The position numbers were made by a program, and so were the translations under genes. The notes beneath the pieces are model-generated. The model was not told where the DNA came from. It did not search any database and saw only the letters and a program-made list of their open reading frames with translations. A stretch of DNA of 63,732 bases, the filler included, from Aduncisulcus paluster (lineage: Eukaryota), in assembly GCA_024181965.1 (NCBI GenBank). It is 5 parts of 5 records of this genome, joined end to end, with 100 filler letters (N's around TTAATTAATTAA, not from the genome) between each part and the next. Parts side by side here need not be neighbours in the genome. Positions count along the whole stretch, not along the records: positions 1 to 25,711 come from BQXS01012667.1; 4 more parts are not named here. The stretch is one strand, 5' to 3'. Position 1 is the stretch's first letter. Each line of letters begins with the position of its first letter. Below are positions 1-11,300 of this stretch, in pieces.

Positions 1-801
1 ATGGTTATTAAATGGGATAGTGGAATGCGTAATGACTCCTCTGGTTCTGTGGAAGAAGCAAAGGAAGAAGAAGCAAAGGAAGAAGAAGCAAAGGAAGAAG
101 AAAAAGAGGAAGAAGAAAAAGAGGAAGAAGAAAAAGAAGAAGAAGAAAAAGAGGAAGAAGAAAAAGAGGAGGAAGGAGATGAACTCCATCACGATATTCA
201 TGGGGAGGAAGAAGAAGGAGAAGAGGAAGAGGAGGAATCTGCCCCACTCGATGTAGAGCCTGTTCATTCCACCAGAGATATCCACTCAAAGCAGGAGGAA
301 GATGATATCATCATGTCATCACCTTCCAAGAAGAAGAGGAGGAGGAGAGGGAAGAGAGGGAAGAAACACGATGTTCTGGAGAGTCCCAGCGTCAAGGTTG
401 AAGAGGAGCATAAAGTTCAACCTAAAGCAGCGGTAAAGAGTCCTAAAACACCAAAGACACCAAAGAAGGTCAAAAAATCTATGAATCGTGAACAAAAAGC
501 CTCCAAAAAGTCAAAGCAAGATTTGGCTTCCCCTTCAATCAAACATGAACCCAAGAAAGATATGGTTGATATGAAGTTTGAAGAACCACTAGATGATGGA
601 TTTGGCGATGATTTCCAAGTATCCAAAACAAAATCTCGCCGTAGGAAACCGGGTACTCCAAAATCCCCTATTAAAGCCAGTCCTAGTTATTCTACACCAT
701 CAGTTAGACATCGCTATAAAACATTTGATCTCTATGAAGATAGTCCTGCTCAAAATACTCGGGCAAAGATTAGGGAACGTGCTAACCAGGGTGGTATGTG
801 A
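1..801 (+). CDS. C-terminal part of a low-complexity acidic then basic protein (probably 5'-truncated by the window edge)
   Basis: Open frame with KEEEA/KEEEE 15-nt repeats, then Lys/Arg-rich and (S/T)PxK motifs; TGA stop followed by AT-rich intergenic DNA. Confidence 0.65.
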   Translation: MVIKWDSGMRNDSSGSVEEAKEEEAKEEEAKEEEKEEEEKEEEEKEEEEKEEEEKEEEGDELHHDIHGEEEEGEEEEEESAPLDVEPVHSTRDIHSKQEEDDIIMSSPSKKKRRRRGKRGKKHDVLESPSVKVEEEHKVQPKAAVKSPKTPKTPKKVKKSMNREQKASKKSKQDLASPSIKHEPKKDMVDMKFEEPLDDGFGDDFQVSKTKSRRRKPGTPKSPIKASPSYSTPSVRHRYKTFDLYEDSPAQNTRAKIRERANQGGM

Positions 802-939
802 TTGTGAGATTGTCGAAGTAAATAATATTAATATATGATCTTTATATCATTATTTTGTTTATTGATCACTTGAAGATTTGGAAATTATTAAAGATTTTTC
901 GGTTTTGCAAACAACCTGGTCCTTTCTGTCCGGAGAGTC

Positions 940-3900
940 ATGCCTCAACTTAAATCAACTCGAAAGGATGGTCCAAATAGTGTTTTGACAAAGATACTTC
1001 GAGGTAGAAAGCCGTCTTCAACTCCATCTATCTATGATTCACTTCTCCTTAAAAAAACAAGTCTCACCCGGTCCGAACAGAAAAAACCGGAAGATATCCC
1101 AGCACAACCTCAAATATTTGAAACTAGCAGTCAATATATTCCGAAAATTCCAACTAAACCTCCTACCACTTCAGAATCTTCTTTTTCCTATCCATTCTCT
1201 GCTTCAACATTCTTTTCATCTCACTTTACAGCCGAAAAACAGCCTATTAATGGCGAAAATGGTATAATGGATGACCCTGAACATATCCAATCTTCAAAGT
1301 TGCAGTCATCCAAATCTTCGGTTCCTCTTGCATCTGATAGGCACAGTATTGATACCCTCGATGATGAATCGAAATCGTCTGGTATCTCCTCGACTCATCG
1401 TGTTCAACGTTCCTTAAATCACACTAAACCCCAATATCTTCGACCCCCGAAGCCTCATATTCGCCACAGACCTCAATCAGTTGCTGCTCTTTCATCCCGT
1501 CGTGTGAGTCAGTTATTTGATGTTTCAACTTATCTATTTAATACTTCAACAACATTTTCCCCTGGCCCGGATGGTGAAGGACCTCTTGTAAGTGAAGTTA
1601 CAAAAGCAATTGAACGAGATATTGAGGCTAAGGAAGAAAGGAAGTGGCGAATGGAGATGCAATTAGCTTCACAAGCTAAAAAACACCAAGCGCCTTCTCC
1701 ACCGCATTATCACGACCCGATTGATATTATTGGGGTAAATAACACCACATCGAAGATTAAAAAGAACAACTTTATGAAAAGTGACCAACCTCCTTTTCCT
1801 CCAAATTCGATGAATAATTCTTACAAGCGTCGGAGATGTTTTATCCCTTCCTCGACTCCTATGACAGGTCCAAAGGCTGGAAGACCACCTTCTGCCCATA
1901 TTCCTCACCCTCCATCACATCCTAAACCAAGAGATGATATTGATATGGATGGAACTTCTGCAGATGGTCTCACGAGGAATGATGGTCCTCCCACCGTTGT
2001 TCGTCATGGATCTTCTTCCACTATTTCCGGAAATAGCATCGTTATTGGTGCCGTTGCTGCTGTTGGTGCCATGATGAGGGATTCAACCGCCTATGCTCAG
2101 AAATCCCAGTCAGGTGCCTATGGATCGAGGCCACATAAGTTCAGTTCAGCGGCGAAAGGATTTGCTGATCCCGTTCCATATTCAGAAGCAGATGTGCCAT
2201 CTATCCGTTGGCTTGCTTTGTGTGTTCTTCGTGGGATGAGAGTTTCTCAATGGAAAGGAAGAGGTGAGAAAGAAGAAGGAAGTCGTAACATTATGTATGA
2301 AATGTCTGATAGTGCCTTATTCCAGAACAAGACCAGTTATATCACTTCTCCTGGGGATACCTCCTCCACAAGTCCCAATTCAATGAGACCCTATGTCCTT
2401 CCCTTCACTTCCGATGGATTTGTTGATATTGCTTCATTCTTATCCCATCCACTCCTCTCGGGGTATGCTCCATCGATTGTTCTGTCTGCATTGGCGTCTG
2501 ATCCCCTGAGACGTGTTCAGATTGTGAGACGGGGTGGCAAGATGGGATCAGGACAAAGCAGATCTGATATCATCGATGGCCGTATCTCTCGTGGAATGAA
2601 ATGCTTATCCTCCCTCGCTTCCTCCAGACCCGATATTAAACATTGTATCATTGAGAAGGACGTCGGGTTTATTCGTGCTTTGTATGGGCATACACGCAAT
2701 ATGCGTACGCTTGAAGGGGCCTGTGTATATGATTGTGTTTGTGTCGAACGAGTTCAGGACAAGATTGCCGGAAAACGGCCTGTTTTCTCATTCCATTCCC
2801 AATTTAGATCTGTTCCCGAGATCGCCTCAAAAGACCACTTCGGAGCCCATGGTAGCACTGATGATTCCTCTGTTGATGACTCTGAGAGCCCTGGTCCATC
2901 AAATCCTGTCTTTTTCTCACCTTCTCTCCCTCCAAGTCGGCACCTGCTCTCCTCTTCCCTCTTACCACAGCCTCCTCTTCCACCCACCACGACTTTATTC
3001 GTGCTTTGTATGGGCATACACGCAATATGCGTACGCTTGAAGGGGCCTGTGTATATGATTGTGTTTGTGTCGAACGAGTTCAGGACAAGATTGCCGGAAA
3101 ACGGCCTGTTTTCTCATTCCATTCCCAATTTAGATCTGTTCCCGAGATCGCCTCAAAAGACCACTTCGGAGCCCATGGTAGCACTGATGATTCCTCTGTT
3201 GATGACTCTGAGAGCCCTGGTCCATCAAATCCTGTCTTTTTCTCACCTTCTCTCCCTCCAAGTCGGCACCTGCTCTCCTCTTCCCTCTTACCACAGCCTC
3301 CTCTTCCACCCACCACGACTTTATTCTTCCTTTTATCTCCTGATCTCCTTGAGTTATCTGTCAAATCCGGCATTCTCCCTTCTCCTGTCACCTCGAGTGT
3401 GATTGTTGCATATGATCGGGAAGGTTTGGAGAAAATGGAGGAAAGTGGTGAGCAGGACGTTAGAAATATCAAGTATCGTGTGTGTGTTGGCGTCGGAAGT
3501 ATCCTTCAACTCGGTCGAACCCCACCTCGTTTCAAGAAACCTTCCACCAGTCATCATATTGGAGCTCTTTCGGCTCACCACTCATACGGCTTAACAAACC
3601 AGCTGGGTACCAGTGACCATGAACAGAAGCTTTCTCCTTGTTACATTACAAGAGCCGGAGAAGGAGTGTTTTTGATCCGTAGGGAGAAACCATCGACTTG
3701 CGTCTGTGGATGCGAGTCTGAAGATGAATGTGAGTGCGATAACCCTTATTCACCAGCGCTTGCACCCTGCATCCCTCCTTCACTGTGGATGAGAGTGACT
3801 GATGTGCATGGTACTGTCATTCCTCCGGCAATGTATATCATGAGTGAACAAAAGAAACTGGAGGAAGTGAGTGTAGCTGAGAAGAGACGAATGGAAGAAG

Positions 3901-4667
3901 TCGCTGAACGCAGAGCTCGGTGGAAGAAGGAAGAAAAAGAGGGAATCTCTCGGCCAGACTCTATTACAAGCACACTTAGTAGATTAGGTGACCGATTTGG
4001 TACCGGTTCAACCGTTCGTAAGACCAGTCGTCCATCGTCTGCTATTGTACAAACTAAGAACAAACATCCTCATACATCGATCTCGTTGCTCCCAAGCCAT
4101 CCCAGTCATCCTTTCCTTCCGAGCACTCGGATGGCCTCTGTGAGTCAGCAGGGGGTGAGGAAAAGACCCATGTCGGCCTCCGTCCTGCCTTCCCACTTGC
4201 GCTCTTCAGGGAGAGATTCGGTAATCATGGATTCTGGTGACGATGATGATATTATTAATCCACATTTAATTAAAAGCTCTGTCAGAAGAACCCAACACAG
4301 TGTGGCAATGGGCCCTCCGAGTCAGCCTCGTATCGTTATGCATTCGAGACCTTCATCAGCAAATGTTGGGGGTCATTCTTCCTCTGCTGGTGGAAGTGCT
4401 ATTCCACCTTCGTTGCTGCAGAATGCCGGAAATTCAAGAATGGCCAAGCGAGTTAAAGCGTTAAGTTCCGCCAGGGCTCAAGCAAATCATTCATCTCAAT
4501 CTCAAACCGCCCTTTTGGGAGCTGTTCTTGCTTTGGGAGATGATACAATGACTCTTGAAGATATTCGAACTCCAATGGCACCTTCTTCTTGTGTTCATAC
4601 AAGGCGTTCGAGATCTGTTGGGGGGTTTAATGCATTAGGAAAAAGACCAATTAAATCTTTGGAATAA
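940..4667 (+). CDS. Large disordered protein with a degenerate Tpt1/KptA (RNA 2'-phosphotransferase)-like domain; frame broken by a 326-bp tandem duplication
   Basis: ORFs 940-3402 and 3006-4667 merge into one ~1133-aa ORF if one copy of 2668-2993/2994-3319 is removed. Ordered motifs LCVLRG, SDGFVDIASFLSHP, SDPLRRVQIV, FIRALYGHT, YITRAGEGVFLI and CIPPSLW parallel the Tpt1 motifs LRH, DG(W/F)V, NDKxRF, IRAxQGHS, SxNGVWL and IPP. Confidence 0.6.
2668..3326 (+). repeat. Exact 326-bp tandem duplication bounded by TTTATTC microhomology
   Basis: 2668-2993 is repeated at 2994-3319; TTTATTC occurs at 2668, 2994 and 3320. Confidence 0.95.
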
Positions 4668-4863
4668 ATCTGTACTTTTTCAGTTTTTGAAAAATCGACA
4701 TTTCCAATCAGTCATACAATAATATAATTCATTTTTCGACCTGTAAAAAAATTCTCAGAAGTTATTTATAATATTATTTTTACATAAATAGATTCTTTTT
4801 TCTCTAAATATTTAATCACCAATCACTTCACTAATTTTCAATATTTTTCTTTGGATAGTTATT

Positions 4864-5340
4864 ATGGAGCGTACTTTCGTTATGGGTATGTGATTTTATT
4901 CACTCTATTGATTATTTTAATTGCTTTTTCACTGATTGTTTTATTCCACCTTCCTCTAACCAGCCAAGCCTGATGCTGTTTCCCGCGGTCTTGTGGGAAA
5001 GATTATCTCCACTTTTGAGGCTCGTGGAATGAAATTGGTTTCTCTCAAGGTCATGACCCCCACTGAGGAGATTGCCGCTGACCACTACGCCGAGCACAAG
5101 GGTAAGGGTTTCTACCCTGGTCTCATCAGCTTCCTTACCTCCGGTCCCGTTGTTCCCATGGTTTTCGAGGGTAAGAGTGCCATTTCCGTTGGTCGTCAGA
5201 TCATTGGTGCCACTCGTGACCCCGCTCCTGGATCTCTCCGTGGAACTTACGCCGAGTCCATCGACCACAACGTTGTTCACGGTTCTGATGCCCCTGAGTC
5301 TGCTAAGAGAGAAATGGGTATTTGGTTCCCTGAGCTCTAA
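4864..5340 (+). CDS. ndk: Nucleoside diphosphate kinase, 2 exons (4864-4885, 4964-5340)
   Basis: Spliced start MERTFVMAKPDAVSRGLVGKII; FLTSGPVV, PGSLRG and active-site NVVHGSD; intron GTATGT...CTAACCAG. Confidence 0.96.
4886..4963 (+). other. Spliceosomal intron (78 nt) in NDK
   Basis: GTATGT donor; CTAAC branch point directly fused to CAG; removal restores the conserved KPD motif. Confidence 0.93.
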
Positions 5341-5711
5341 GTTGGATAGAATAAATAATACATCATATACAACGATCTTGACCTTCTCAAGTCACAAACC
5401 ACGAAAGATAATATATATTTTATTCTTCGATAACAATAATGATAATATTAATAATAACATCAATGAGAAATGAATAGCTGACTCCCAGTGCCAGCAATAA
5501 AAACTTTTGAAAAAAAAAAGAGTTAAAAGGGAAAAGAAAACGTAAACATAAAGGAATGCGTTGCGTTACCATTGGAATCATTCTTTATATGTGTTGAATT
5601 ATTGAAAGATATGATTAAAAGGTAGTGTTATGATTGATAAATTGTCAGAAGAACGCAATATTGAAAGAAAATCTAAAATATGAAATAACGGATATTATAG
5701 GTAAAAAAGAA

Positions 5712-6725
5712 TCATTCTTCGCTTAAATTCTTTAATAATTGTTGAGACGCTTGCGTAATTAGCATTTTCCGTTCCTCCTCAGTCATCGGCCGAGCATCAA
5801 CAAGCTTTTCTAGAATATTATCGAGGTGTTTGGTCGGTTCTGAGGATGACTCGTGTTCATCTGATTCGTAAATGATTGTTTCATCGCCATCATTCGACAG
5901 AGGTTCTCCCCGATCAGCAGAAACAGGATAGTCTGGGAATTCATGTTGAGGACGAGGGGAATATCCATATGGCATTCTACCAAGCTGACTTCCACCTACA
6001 GGACTCGAAATCTGCGAGTCGAAATCGCAAGAACGGCATACAGGGGCCGAGGGACGACGAGGAGTTCTGATGTGGGATAAAGGAGAACGTCTATCCATTC
6101 CTCCTTGATGATAATCAGAAAGTTCACCTTCACTCAGATCATGGTGTCCCATTTCAAGCCTTGGCATTGAATAACCTCCAAGATAGGGGTATGGGTAGGA
6201 AGAAACTAGGGCGCTTTCAGCTTGACGCATTTTAACAATTCCATCTGCATCACCAACCACAATTTGCTCTCCAGAAGGTTTGTTTTTAACAAAAATGACA
6301 GATTTAAATGGCCGACGTTCATATTTTTTCCCAGTGCCATGTTTATCGTGATATCTATTGAAAATAAATTCCTTAATGTCTTCAATGATCGTATGAAGAT
6401 ATCTAGATCTTTCTATTGAATCACTGATGTCTTTGGCGGTGCCATCTTTGCTAGCTGTGGCGGATTTAATGATTTGAGTGATTAGATGAATAAATGCAAC
6501 AATAACTGTTGATAATAATGTAAATGTTGAAGTATTTGACTCTGTTTTATGATTGATATGGGACTCGGATGAAACATCGAACGTAAAATCCTCGATGGTT
6601 TCAATCTGTTTGGAAAAATCTTTTAAACTTGTGTACAGGACTTGAAGGGTAAGTCCAGATATAATAAGTAAGAATATTTTCTGTTTTGTGAAGAAAAATC
6701 GTTCTTTTTTCTTAAATTTCGGCAT
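5712..6725 (-). CDS. Hypothetical protein with two N-terminal hydrophobic segments
   Basis: 337-aa ATG ORF flanked by AT-rich intergenic DNA; no family recognised. Confidence 0.7.
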   Translation of the reverse strand: MPKFKKKERFFFTKQKIFLLIISGLTLQVLYTSLKDFSKQIETIEDFTFDVSSESHINHKTESNTSTFTLLSTVIVAFIHLITQIIKSATASKDGTAKDISDSIERSRYLHTIIEDIKEFIFNRYHDKHGTGKKYERRPFKSVIFVKNKPSGEQIVVGDADGIVKMRQAESALVSSYPYPYLGGYSMPRLEMGHHDLSEGELSDYHQGGMDRRSPLSHIRTPRRPSAPVCRSCDFDSQISSPVGGSQLGRMPYGYSPRPQHEFPDYPVSADRGEPLSNDGDETIIYESDEHESSSEPTKHLDNILEKLVDARPMTEEERKMLITQASQQLLKNLSEE

Positions 6726-6970
6726 GTGTGATCAAAATGAGTGCGGGGTTATCCACACATTCAACTAAATTGGAATTTAATAAAAATAAATTAGTTGGGC
6801 AAATCTTCATGATAGAAATGATATTTTCATTTTTTATTCCGAATTGAAACCAAGTTTTTCTGACTAATAAGCACTGAAAAAAGATCATAAAGACATCTCA
6901 GGAACGGACATGGAAATTTCAAAAATACAATAAGATAGCTGAAATAAACAAAAGCAAGAATTGAAATATT

Positions 6971-7916
6971 TTAGGGATTCAACTCAAACCCAATGGCACA
7001 ATAAGATACAGAGCTACATCGACCAGAATCTGAAAAACACCCTCTTTCCATCTTACCACTCTGGTCATAATGATACAATTTCATTGACATTTTGTCACGC
7101 AATGATCCAAACTCCATGGCTTGTAGAACGGCCGATATAGGTTTTCTGCCACATATTGTATTCTTTGTACGACGGATATACGATGAAAATGCAGAATAGC
7201 CCTTTTCTATTGCATCAACTCCCTTTTTATCCAGTTCTTCAATCGAAGAGAGAACATCACCTTTCAAACCGAAAGGTGTGAATCCAAATCCCGAACCATA
7301 ATGACAAAAATCTGAGGAAACAACAAACACCGTTTCCTTATCTTTCATAAGATTAGCTAAGAATTCAATAAGTTTTGAAGGGATGGATTCACCAACCATC
7401 ATTGGAACAATAGAAACAGAATCTCCATAAACATAGCGAATAAATGGCATTTGAATTTCAACAGAGTGTTCGTTGGCAGAAGTCTTAGTTGATAACTCGG
7501 TAGCACCATGTCTAATGGCATCTTTCAGACATTCCTTGTCCACACGTAATTTTCCAAGTGGAGTATCCCAAAAATCAAAGGATGGACAGACACCAACACC
7601 TTCAATATATGATCTATGAGAAGGTCCAAGAACGATCGCCCGTTTAATTCCGGATGATGGGAGTGAAGAGAAAGAGAAAGCAGCAGTGGCACCTGAATAT
7701 CGATATCCAGCATGAGGGACAATAACTACCTTAGTATTTGGATTTGGTGGGCATTCTGATGATGCGGAATCAAAACATTTCTTTATGAATCTTTCACATG
7801 ATGTTGAATCTTCAGGATACCTAAAAGACAAAAGATAAACACACAATTTTAATGGGTCAAACGGAAAGAAAACCAACATACCATCCTTGAATAGCAAAAG
7901 TATTGGGTCTACTCAT
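6971..7916 (-). CDS. MEMO1: MEMO1 family protein (AmmeMemoRadiSam protein B), 2 exons (7916-7882, 7820-6971)
   Basis: Spliced start MSRPNTFAIQGWYP; motifs PHAGYRYSG, LGPSH, EHSVEIQMPF, SSDFCHYG, NTICGRKPI, SSVSYC. Confidence 0.95.
7821..7881 (-). other. Spliceosomal intron (61 nt) in MEMO1
   Basis: GTATGT...TTTTAG on the minus strand; restores the conserved GWYP motif. Confidence 0.9.
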
Positions 7917-8351
7917 TGTTGTTGAATCAAAACCTTGTCAGTTGGCTTGGCAGTTGTTTTGTTCTCGAAATTGAAATTGAGCGCTTGTCACTCTCACAAA
8001 TGAAAAATAACAAATCTATATGTAATATTACATTTTAAATCAACTTACTTGCTAATTTTTCCAATTTAACAAGAAAATATTTCCACATCTGAGTCCCAAG
8101 AATCGAATTGGTTATACTCTACGATATGAGATTTGAACATGGAATAAAATGTGGTTTTACGTTTAAAATGCTCGATTACTTGATATTTTGGTTTATCAAA
8201 GCTCTGAAGGGTGGAGAAATATGGTTTTGGATGAAAATGGAGTTTTTGAGAGCGCCTCAATATCTTTTGGATCGTTCCATTAATTTATTGAGCGTAATTA
8301 TTAGTATATCATTATATTTTCATCTTTAGCTCGATATAATTTTATTCCATA

Positions 8352-11300
8352 ATGGAGAATAGTACCGGCAGTAGTAGTCAAGCCAATACACAAACATTCT
8401 CCGAGGTTTTATCACAATCTAGTAGTAGAAGATCTGGCACAAGTTCAAATTCGTCATCTACGGAAAAAACTAGGTCTGTAACTCATAAACTTCTTGGTTC
8501 TGCTTTCCTCTTGAGAGAACATAATTGTTTTCCGGGAATATTATTTCCAATATTGCTAATTTTCCAATCTTTTCAATTGGATGGCATTTTTCTTGCTGCT
8601 CTCTCGCCACAACATCCAACCATCAGAAATGTGGCCGATTCAATAGGTAATATATTTTTATTTGGACTAAAAGAGACTCTCAGTCCCTCTGAATATTTAT
8701 TAATTGTTGCTTTAGTGGCTGTGCTTGCTCTTCTATCATTTGTAGCAATATTTTGGGGGTGTTTCAAATCCGCCCAATCTATGACAAGCAAACTTGGAAT
8801 TTTTGCTCTTAAAATTCTTTCCACTGTTGTATTTGTTACTCCATACATTGCATTTGGTCCATTCATATGGTTTTTCTCTCGTTTGACCTCTGTGTCCAGT
8901 TCAGCTGATTATGAGGGGTATAGTGGCTCTGTGCGAGTAATATTCGTGATTTTGGGTATATTAGGTGGTATTCTTCTCTTCCTATATACATATATGACCA
9001 GCGTGTACTTTATTAATCCAAACATGCGTACAATGCCCACCTATCATAGAATCCATGCTCGTGACGATCGATTGGTGATCATATGTAAGTGGTTAGCAGC
9101 TACAACTGCGTGGAATCTAGCCCCATATGCTACTATTTGTTCCAGTGTGTTGTTCGCCTTCACTATCATCATTCTTTGCATCCAGATCGGCTATATGTCC
9201 TTTTACTCCAGGACTACGAACATTATCCAAGCTATCCTGAACTCTAAGACTGCAGTTGGACTGTTTATCTTCTCTCTCTACATGGTGAAGGGTAATGAGA
9301 AGGTTTACTCGATAGGACTAATCTGTAGCATTCCTATCGGCATTGTTGTCGGTATATTACTCGCCCAGAGCCGGTTGTATTCGGCTCAGCGTGGTGTTAT
9401 GCAGGCCGTGAAAACGTATGTCGATAAATACACGGATCCATTTGTGATTGCGCAGAGGCAGGAAGAGAAAGAGATGAAAAACAAGAAGAAGAAGAAGAAG
9501 AGTAAGAAGAAGAATAAGAAGAAGAAGAAGAAGGAAGAAGAGAAGAAGAAGGGAAAGAAATCAACCAAGGAGAAAGGCAAAAAGAAGGTCCCAAGGATAT
9601 CAGCTGATTCTTCTGAGATAATTGACGGGGAGGAAGAAGAGGAAGAGGAAATGGAAGAAATGGAAGAAGTGGAAGAGATTGAGCCCAAAAAGAGATCCAT
9701 TGTTGATGTCACGCAAGATACAGGCTCTGGGAGCTCCTCTCTTACCGTGGGATCCGATATCTCTGGTCACGATATAGCTAAACCCTCGAAGTATCAATGC
9801 GATGCGCCTGATGATGCCACTGGATCGAGTCTCCAGGGTTCCCTTGAGCCTGTTGATGCCATTACCACTGCTCCAAACACCCAATACGAAGGAAATCACA
9901 TCGACAGTCGGCAGAGAGAGAAGACACAGCAGTACGAGAAGGATCTCAATGCTCGTAGTGTCTCAAGAAAACGTCTTGACTTGATTCTAAATCGTTTCTT
10001 CTCATGGATGTGGTCCTCATCACCTCTCAATGAAGATGTATCTTCTCTGTCTCATGGTAAACTTAAGCTTTTCTTCTCAGAGGAGTGTCAGGTCACATGG
10101 ATGAGTGCTGCGGCTGTCGAGATGTCGTTGAGACCTTTGTTATTGTACCTTAGAACTAGCTATATCCTGTTCCACCCGTTGAAGTGCAAGGCTGAGGAAA
10201 GGAGAGTGCGTCAACTTCTCATTGATATCATTGGTTCCATCTTTGACAACTCTTTGCTTACATTTGGAAGTGATAACCCAAACATCATGGGTGCCATGAC
10301 AATGTTCTTGTATGCCTTCAACCAGGACAAGCTCCTGTACATGCTTCGTCGAGCTCGTCAGAGTCACACGATATCCTCCGATACAAGATGTGTCATGCAT
10401 ACGGCTGAACAGTTATTTATGCAGGAACAAGTGGACAATTCAGTGTCCTTGAAACACTCAAGTGCTCTGCGTAAGGCTCGTCGACTCACCTCACAGGGAA
10501 CTGCCCAGCTGAAGTCCTTGTGGAAGATTATCGTGAAGAATGCGGCTGCAAGAGAGAAGAAATCCTTGGATGACGACTCTATTGATGTGTCCTTATCTTC
10601 CTCATCAATCGAAGCTACGAGTCCACATGGATCATCCCGAACGTCTTCATCTCTGCGGTCCAATTCAAGGAATATTGGTGGAAGTGTAGATTCGCGGAAC
10701 TCTTCTTCACGGGTCATGGCACCTCAAGATACTCGAAGTGGACAAGCGAATGAACATGGCTATGGTAATACGAATAATACTGATCTCTACACTAAGATAT
10801 CACAGATGATTCATCGAAAGGAAGAGGAGATTGTCCTCAATAAGGCTGCCAAAGGTAATTTGAGTGTTTCTCAACTAAAGTCTCTCAAGCAATGCTCGAG
10901 AGTTGAGGTTGATCCAGCGACGAGGGAAAAGGTTCTGAGGTACACTCGTGAGCTTGCACACACCATGCAAGAGGCTGACGATACCTTCCATACGCTATTG
11001 AAACATGCCACTCCTGCCGTGTTGAGAGTGTATGCTCACTACGTTCTATGTGTGTGTGGGGATGCTGGGACATCCAAGGATTGCATAGAGATGGCGAATG
11101 AGATGGTCAGAGCACAGGAAGCAGTGCGAACAGTTGCTCCCCGTCTATCTTCGGCCGCTATCTGGAGAGAATTAGTCAGTGATACCGGTGCAGCCGTCGA
11201 AGATACCGTCAGTCAGGATTACTTGGCCCTTGGAGGTGAGACCTTTGCTCCAGGACAAGGCATCCAGCGTATGCAGGACGAATTTGGTTCCAGAGGACTT

